64,000 nucleotides of DNA from Candidatus Eiseniibacteriota bacterium (GTDB lineage Bacteria > Eisenbacteria > RBG-16-71-46 > CAVPCR01). The notes under the pieces were generated by a model. That model saw nothing but the letters and a program-made list of their open reading frames with translations, was not told the origin of the DNA and did no database searches. Location: contig CAVPCR010000001.1 in the NCBI GenBank assembly GCA_963702435.1, forward strand, positions 1,088,001 through 1,152,000, written 5' to 3'. Every line of letters begins with the position of its first letter. Within the stretch, counting starts at the first letter, position 1. Position numbers and translations under genes: made by a program. Positions 58,591 through 64,000 of this stretch are shown here, piece after piece.

Positions 58591-58617
58591 GGCTCGGGGA
58601 CCGGCGCCGAAACTTGA
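58591..58617 (-). promoter_or_regulatory. Putative sigma28 promoter of flagellin
   Basis: TCAAGTTT-N11-CCCGAGCC; strong -35, weak -10. Confidence 0.55.
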
Positions 58618-58680
58618 GGCCGCCCCGGCCCGCGCGCCTGCCTCATCGTGATAAGGGAGGGCGGCGCCCGAGCGCGTGGG

Positions 58681-58709
58681 CTAATGCCCCCGGCCGGAGC
58701 GGCCGATAG
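58681..58709 (+). promoter_or_regulatory. Putative sigma28 promoter of flgL
   Basis: CTAATG-N15-GCCGATAG. Confidence 0.55.
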
Positions 58710-58741
58710 TCAGAACGGTTGACCCAAAGCGAGGTGGAAAC

Positions 58742-59602
58742 ATGCGGATCACGAGTCAGATGCTGGTGCAGGATGCACTGCGTGGCCTGCGCGCGAACCG
58801 TGAGAATCTGCGCCGCGCCCATGAGGACGTCACCACGGGCCACCGCATTCGCAGCGTCTCCGATGGGCCGACCGACGCAGCCGCCCTCATGCGCCTCGAG
58901 TCCCAGTTGCGGAGCGTCGATCGCTACCAGCGTGCGATAGCGCTGGCCGGCACCCGCCTGTCCACGGAAGAAGCCGCGCTCAAGTCGATTGCGGCGCTGG
59001 TCGACCAGGCGAAGGGCGCCGCCCTCACCGACTCCCCGCCGGGGAGCCCGGCCAGCCGGGCGGCAGCCGCCGAAGTCCGCGCGGTGCGCGACCAGATGGT
59101 GGCCATCGGCAACACCCAGGTCATGGGCGAGTACATCTTCGCCGGCACCCGGGTCGGATCCCCACCCTTCCTTCCCGACGGCAGCTACGTCGGAAACAGC
59201 GAAGTCAACGCGGTGGAGATCGGCGATCAGCTGCGCATCGAACTCGGGCACCCGGGGGACAGGGTGTTCGCCGACGCGATCTCGATCCTGGACCGCCTTG
59301 CCCGCGGGCTCGAAACGGGGACGCCCGAGATGGTATCCGGCATGCTCGCCGAGCTGGACACGTCCCGTCAGGATGTGCAGACGGCCCGCAGCGAGGTTGC
59401 GTCGCGGCTGCATGAGCTGGCCGCTCAGGGGCAGCACCTCGCGCGGATCGCGCTCGGCTTCGAGAATCGCGAAGAGGAGCTGGACCAGATCGACCCAGCC
59501 GAGGCCATCGTTCGATTGACGCAGGCGCGCGACACGCTCGAGCAGTCTTACGCCGCCATCGCGAAGGCGCTGTCCACGAACATCCTCGAGTATCTCCGCT
59601 GA
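58742..59602 (+). CDS. flgL: Flagellar hook-associated protein 3 (FlgL-like)
   Basis: MRITSQML..TTGHRIRSVSDGP..GNT..GEYIFAGT..PPF..YVGN..DPAEAI..NILEYLR. Confidence 0.88.
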   Translation: MRITSQMLVQDALRGLRANRENLRRAHEDVTTGHRIRSVSDGPTDAAALMRLESQLRSVDRYQRAIALAGTRLSTEEAALKSIAALVDQAKGAALTDSPPGSPASRAAAAEVRAVRDQMVAIGNTQVMGEYIFAGTRVGSPPFLPDGSYVGNSEVNAVEIGDQLRIELGHPGDRVFADAISILDRLARGLETGTPEMVSGMLAELDTSRQDVQTARSEVASRLHELAAQGQHLARIALGFENREEELDQIDPAEAIVRLTQARDTLEQSYAAIAKALSTNILEYLR

Positions 59603-59905
59603 TCGGAGCCGGGTCCCGCCCCGCCTCGGCGCTCGTCCCGATCGTCCGCGACCGCACCGGCCCGCTGTGGTGAGCGCCAGCCTCCCCTCCCCGCGCTGCC
59701 CGTCCCCCTCACCGGGCCCGTCCTGACCGCCGGCACCCAAAGTGCCCGCGCCCGCCGCCGGGCTTTGCCGCCGTCGCGCCGTCCCACCCATCCCGCTAGT
59801 TGCTCGCGGCTGTTTTACAGAATCCGCCAACTTGCTGCGGAATCCTGCCGGTGGGCCATCCAGCCCCTCCCCGTCAGATTCACTATCCTATTGTCTTCGT
59901 TGACT

Positions 59906-59934
59906 TTGCAAGATCATCACGGGCTCAAGATAAT
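59906..59934 (+). promoter_or_regulatory. Putative sigma70 promoter of the flagellar activator
   Basis: TTGCAA-N17-GATAAT within an AT-richer patch. Confidence 0.45.
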
Positions 59935-60139
59935 GACTCAAGCCACTTCCTCGATCAGACGATTAGTTTGGGAAACTGGGGTCCCACTCAGATCCTGTGC
60001 CCCCGATCGAGTGGAACCGAGGGAAGGCGGCGCTTCTCCACGCCGAGCCCACCATGGTAGGAAACCCCGATGACTGCGGCAGGAGAACGCCACGAGCCCG
60101 GTGCGGAGATCGGCCAGTCCATCCGCCAGGAGGCCACCC

Positions 60140-61660
60140 GTGGCAAGGATCCTATGCATAGCCACCTACGCGTCTGAGTCAGAGCTCCTCGACGCGGAAC
60201 TCGCCCGGGGCGGGCATGATGCCGTGCATGCATCTTCTCTCGCCCAGGGGTTGCGCGACATCGGTCAGGAACCGTTGGATCTGGTCATCGCGAGCCAGAG
60301 CGACTCGGACGCCGCCGCAACGCATCTCGTTGACCGGCTCCGCCAGCAAGGGCGCGACATCCCCGTGATCCTGGTCGGTTCGGATGGACTCCCCGCGGGG
60401 GGAGATTCCGCGCCGGGCTCCCGCGGGATCACCATCCTCACCAGACCGCTCCAGCTCGAGGCGTTGCGCCCGGCGGTGGACCGGGCGCTCCAGAGCTCGG
60501 GCCTCCCCCTCCTGCCCGGGCCGGGCACGGAGGCCCTGGAGATCGTGGGCGAGTCGAAGAGCCTGCGCCGCGTGATCGAATTCGCCCGAGTCGTCGCGCC
60601 CACCAATGCCAGCGTCCTCATCGAGGGCGAGTCCGGCACCGGCAAAGAGCTCCTCGTGCGCGCCATTCATCGCCAGAGTCCGCGGGCGCGCGCGCCCCTG
60701 ATCGCGGTCAACTGCGCGGCAATGCCGGAGGGTCTCGTCGAGAGCACCCTCTTCGGTCACGAACGGGGCGCGTTCACTGGCGCGACGAGCCGCCTCATCG
60801 GCGCCTTCGAACGGGCTCACCGGAGCACGCTCCTCCTCGACGAGGTCTCCGAGCTGCGAGTGGATCTGCAGGCCAAGCTGCTGCGGGCGATCCAGGAGAG
60901 GCAATTCGAACGGGTAGGCGGCAGCGTCAGCGTCCGGGCCGACGTCCGCATCGTGGCCACGACCAACCGCGATCTCCTCGCTGAAGTAGAGGCCGGCCGG
61001 TTCCGTGAGGATCTCTACTACCGGCTCCGCGTCATTCCCCTGTGCATGCCGCCGTTGCGTGATCGCCCGGAAGATGTTTCGGCGCTCGTGCGGCACTTCG
61101 TGCTGCGCACGGCCCGTGAGCTCGGCATCGCCCCGCCCGCCGTACCGGCGGCGACTCTCGCCGCCCTCGAGCGCCACGCCTGGCCGGGAAACGTGCGCGA
61201 GCTCGAGCACGCCACCGAACGCGCGGTCATCCTGCATGCGGCCGGACCGCTCGTGCCGGGCGACTTCCTGCCGGAGATCGCAGCCGGCGACAAACACGCC
61301 CGTGGGATGACCGCAGCAAGCGCGGGCAGCACCGGTGCCGACGCCGCCTCCGGATCGCTCGAAGGCATCCTCGATCTCGACCTGCTCGAGCAGCACGCGA
61401 TCGCCCGGGCGCTGGAGGTCACTGCCGGTCATCGCAGCCGCGCCGCCCTCTTGCTCGGCATCAGCGACCGGACACTACGCAACAAGCTGAACGGCCGCCG
61501 GCAGTCCGCCGGCAACGGGCGGAGCGGATTTCCGCGCGACACGGCAGTTTCTTCCTCTGCCGGCACGACACCCCAGGCGGATCCGAGCATCCTGACCCCG
61601 TCCGCCGCCGCCGCGACGCCCGCATTCCTGGCGCCAAGTCCTTACCCCGCCCCGGCTTGA
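60140..61660 (+). CDS. Sigma54-dependent flagellar activator (FleQ/FlrC/FlbD-like) with degenerate receiver
   Basis: AGGAGG RBS then [46 protein letters not shown]; the receiver lacks the acidic pocket and Lys. Confidence 0.9.
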   Translation: MARILCIATYASESELLDAELARGGHDAVHASSLAQGLRDIGQEPLDLVIASQSDSDAAATHLVDRLRQQGRDIPVILVGSDGLPAGGDSAPGSRGITILTRPLQLEALRPAVDRALQSSGLPLLPGPGTEALEIVGESKSLRRVIEFARVVAPTNASVLIEGESGTGKELLVRAIHRQSPRARAPLIAVNCAAMPEGLVESTLFGHERGAFTGATSRLIGAFERAHRSTLLLDEVSELRVDLQAKLLRAIQERQFERVGGSVSVRADVRIVATTNRDLLAEVEAGRFREDLYYRLRVIPLCMPPLRDRPEDVSALVRHFVLRTARELGIAPPAVPAATLAALERHAWPGNVRELEHATERAVILHAAGPLVPGDFLPEIAAGDKHARGMTAASAGSTGADAASGSLEGILDLDLLEQHAIARALEVTAGHRSRAALLLGISDRTLRNKLNGRRQSAGNGRSGFPRDTAVSSSAGTTPQADPSILTPSAAAATPAFLAPSPYPAPA

Positions 61661-61699
61661 GCTCCGGCACCGGGTTCGGTGCGACCGGATCGAGAGACC

Positions 61700-61714
61700 C
61701 GGCACGACCCTTGC
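61700..61714 (+). promoter_or_regulatory. Sigma54 promoter of the flgB operon
   Basis: CGGCAC-GACCC-TTGC, 35 bp before the flgB ATG. Confidence 0.8.
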
Positions 61715-61748
61715 CTTGGCTCGATGCGAACTCGCAAAGGAGGGGTCA

Positions 61749-62036
61749 ATGCTCAAGGCTCTCTTCGGTCCGTCCAGTCTGGCGGCGACGCTCAAGCGCG
61801 GTCTCGGCGACTCGATGGCCGCGCACCGTCTGATCGCCGAGAAGGTGGCCGGCACGCTGGACTCGAGCTCGGTCACCGCCCCGAACGGCGCCGGCACGTC
61901 AGCTGCCCAGAGTGAGTCCAGCGTGGAGCTGGACATGGCGACCCTCGCCGATGTGCAGCTGCGATACGAGGCGGAGGCACGCCTCCTCCACCTCGCATAC
62001 CAGAGTCTCCGCACCTCGATCCGCGGCAATGGCTAG
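61749..62036 (+). CDS. flgB: Flagellar basal-body rod protein FlgB-like (short, divergent)
   Basis: Position before flgC; AHRLIAEKVA and VELDMATLADVQLRYEAEARLL..Y..LRTSIRG. Confidence 0.75.
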   Translation: MLKALFGPSSLAATLKRGLGDSMAAHRLIAEKVAGTLDSSSVTAPNGAGTSAAQSESSVELDMATLADVQLRYEAEARLLHLAYQSLRTSIRGNG

Positions 62037-62451
62037 TCCGATCACGCCACGGTCCGGGCCTCGCCTTCCTGCTCAGCTCATGCCGTCGCTCAAGACCAGT
62101 GCGCGAGGCATGGGGGTACAGCAGACGTTCCTCGAGGTCATCGCCCGCAACATCGCCAACTCCGAAACGACCCGCCAGCCGGACGGGGGTCCGTACCGGC
62201 GACAGATCGCGGTCGCGCAGGGGGGCGCGGGCGGCGACATCGCGACGCGGGTCGTGGTCGACCCGTCTCCCGGCCAGCTCCTCCTCGATCCGCGCCACCC
62301 CGACGCCAACGCGCAGGGCTTCGTCGAGCTTCCCAACGTCGACGTGCAGAAGGAGCTCGTGGACCTGATGGTCGTTCGCCGCATGTACGAGGCAAACGCC
62401 ACCGTGTTCCAGGCGGCGAAGCGAATGCTCAAGCGCGCGCTGGAGATCTGA
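62029..62451 (+). CDS. flgC: Flagellar basal-body rod protein FlgC
   Basis: IARNIANSETT..GGPYRR..DPRHPDANAQGFVELPNV..YEAN..ALEI. Confidence 0.93.
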   Translation: MASPITPRSGPRLPAQLMPSLKTSARGMGVQQTFLEVIARNIANSETTRQPDGGPYRRQIAVAQGGAGGDIATRVVVDPSPGQLLLDPRHPDANAQGFVELPNVDVQKELVDLMVVRRMYEANATVFQAAKRMLKRALEI

Positions 62452-62452
62452 C

Positions 62453-62738
62453 GTGGCCGTGAGCACCAGCGGGTCATTCCACCTGCCCCCGGCGGCGCGG
62501 TCATCCGCTGCCAAGGCGGCGTTCGCGCCGGAGAAGACGACGGCCGATCAGCGCGCCGCCATCGGAATGGACCGCTATTCGCTCTCCCGGCATCTCGCTC
62601 TGGGATCTCTTGACTCCCGAGGAGCGCGCGGTGTTTGCAGAGCGCGCGGCGTTCGGCGCGCTGACCTACGGCATGGACGGGCGGCCCGCCGCGGCGGCGA
62701 TCCTCCCGACCGGCAGCCGCATCGACGTGAAGGGATAA
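62453..62738 (+). pseudogene. Small hypothetical gene between flgC and fliE, apparently frameshifted near 62590
   Basis: GTG-started frame (..MDRYSL) switches to a frame with no start codon reading SLWDLLTPEERAVF..LTYG..GSRIDVKG*, stop at 62736-62738, 3 bp before fliE. Confidence 0.6.
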
Positions 62739-62741
62739 CGC

Positions 62742-63041
62742 ATGACCCTGCCCATCATGAGCGCAACGTCCGGAATCGCGGCCCCCACCTGGACGCGACT
62801 TCCGACCATCCAGTCCCCGGACGGTCCGTCATTCGCCGACGTCTTCCGCCAGTCGCTCAACGAAGCATCGGGGCTGCAGGACGAGGCCAAGCGCATCATC
62901 ACGGCGTTCGTGCAAGGGCAGCCGGTCGAGATCCATGAGGTGATGGCGGCGACCGAGGAAGCGGCGATCTCCCTCGAGCTGCTGGTGGAGATCCGCAACA
63001 AGCTGACCGAAGCATATCGCACGGTCATGAACATGCAGTAG
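62742..63041 (+). CDS. fliE: Flagellar hook-basal body protein FliE
   Basis: SFADVF..HEVMAA.EEA..LLVEIRNKLTEAYRTVMNMQ. Confidence 0.95.
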   Translation: MTLPIMSATSGIAAPTWTRLPTIQSPDGPSFADVFRQSLNEASGLQDEAKRIITAFVQGQPVEIHEVMAATEEAAISLELLVEIRNKLTEAYRTVMNMQ

Positions 63042-63060
63042 CGGAAACCTGGATGAACCT

Positions 63061-64000
63061 GTGAGCGACCTGATGACACCGGTGCTGGGAACGGGGCGCG
63101 GCCGCATGATGCGTGGCGCGCTCGCTGTCGGCGGGGTCGGCCTCGTGATCTGGGCCGTGTGGGCGGTGATGCGCTGGGCCTCCGCTCCCGCGTACATCAG
63201 CCTCTACAGGGATCTCGAGTACAAGGACGCCTCGGACATCGCGGAGAGCCTCACCGGCGCAGGGATCTCGCATCGCCTGGGAACCGGCGGGACCGAGATC
63301 CAGGTGCCGGTGTCCGAGGTGGCTCGCGCCCGCGTGGCCCTGGCCAAGGACGGCCGTCCGGTGGCCGGGCGGCCGGGTCTCGAGCTCTTCGACAAGCCTT
63401 CCTGGGGTATGACCGAGTTCACCCAGCGGGTGACATTTCAGCGGGCGCTGGAGGGCGAGCTCGCCCGCACGATCGCCGGGATCCGCGGGATCGAGCGCGC
63501 GCAGGTGCATCTGGCTCTGCCCGCAGCGAGCGCATTCCGCCGCCCGGACCGGGTGGCCACGGCCTCGGTGGTGATTGCGCTGGCCCCCGGCGTGGTGCTG
63601 TCGCCGGCGACCATCCAGGGCATCACCTACGTGGTGAGCAACAGCGTCGAGGAGCTCTCGCCCGACAACGTGGCAGTCATGAATGCCGACGGCCATCCTC
63701 TCTCCGTACCTCTGGGGCGAGGGGCGGAGGGCGGAGCAAGCAGCCGGCAGATGGAGTTGCAGCGCTCGATCGAGGAGGCGCTGGTGGAGAAGATCCACTC
63801 CCTCCTCGAGCCGGTCCTCGGCCCCGGGCGAGTGCGGGCGGAAGTGGCCGCCCAGCTCAGCTTCGACCAGGTGGATCGCGCGACCGAGACGTTCATCCCG
63901 AACCCGGGCGCCGCCGACTCGGGCGTCGCGGCGCGCGAGTTCGAGAGCAGCCGGGTCTCCGCCGGCCGCGTGACGCGGCTGACAGCGGCGGTGCTCGTCG
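63061..64000 (+). CDS. fliF: Flagellar M-ring protein FliF (partial, runs off the right edge)
   Basis: Not in the ORF track. TM, then GLELFDKPSWGMTEFTQRVTFQRALEGELARTI..AQVHLALP..ASVV..RVRAEVAAQLSFDQ..RLTAAVLV. Confidence 0.93.
   Translation, partial: MSDLMTPVLGTGRGRMMRGALAVGGVGLVIWAVWAVMRWASAPAYISLYRDLEYKDASDIAESLTGAGISHRLGTGGTEIQVPVSEVARARVALAKDGRPVAGRPGLELFDKPSWGMTEFTQRVTFQRALEGELARTIAGIRGIERAQVHLALPAASAFRRPDRVATASVVIALAPGVVLSPATIQGITYVVSNSVEELSPDNVAVMNADGHPLSVPLGRGAEGGASSRQMELQRSIEEALVEKIHSLLEPVLGPGRVRAEVAAQLSFDQVDRATETFIPNPGAADSGVAAREFESSRVSAGRVTRLTAAVLV

Noticed and set aside
59940..60100. c-di-GMP riboswitch in the activator leader
   Set aside because: I could not identify the conserved P1/P2 helices and tetraloop-receptor motifs by eye; an Infernal/Rfam scan would decide.
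1..64000. tRNA, rRNA, integrase or transposase genes
   Set aside because: None recognised; a covariance-model scan was not possible.

Overview
High-GC bacterial chromosome segment. Secreted proteins with C-terminal FlgD/Ig-like tails suggest an FCB-type lineage such as Ca. Eisenbacteria or relatives (inference only). From left to right: (1) an ABC permease/ATPase pair, a response regulator, an ECF sigma/zf-HC2 anti-sigma pair, a histone-H1-like fusion protein and recD2; (2) a sigma54-type operon with three GcvH-like proteins that all lack the lipoyl lysine, a HybA-like 4x[4Fe-4S] protein and an NrfD/HybB protein fused to a triheme cytochrome c; (3) an ECF sigma / ZAS-Ser/Thr kinase / secreted target module; (4) kdpFABCDE; (5) a diheme-sensor histidine kinase, a sigma54 response regulator, archaemetzincin and hflX; (6) two amidohydrolases, two intergenic tandem-repeat arrays, a PQQ-type dehydrogenase and two c-type cytochromes; (7) a frameshifted pseudokinase-STAND-TPR-HTH regulator; (8) a motility region with a degenerate MshEN-PilB, pilT, pilU, glycosylation genes, flgM-like, flaF, flbT, flagellin, flgL, a FleQ/FlrC-like activator, flgB, flgC, fliE and fliF. 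The best candidate for an undescribed system is the lipoyl-less GcvH-like triplet plus the HybAB/cytochrome redox module. It has a sigma54 promoter and an upstream palindrome array, and it is plausibly controlled by the heme-sensing two-component system and archaemetzincin 14 kb downstream. I recognised no tRNA, rRNA, CRISPR array or transposase. All calls come from reading motifs by eye; no database search was run.
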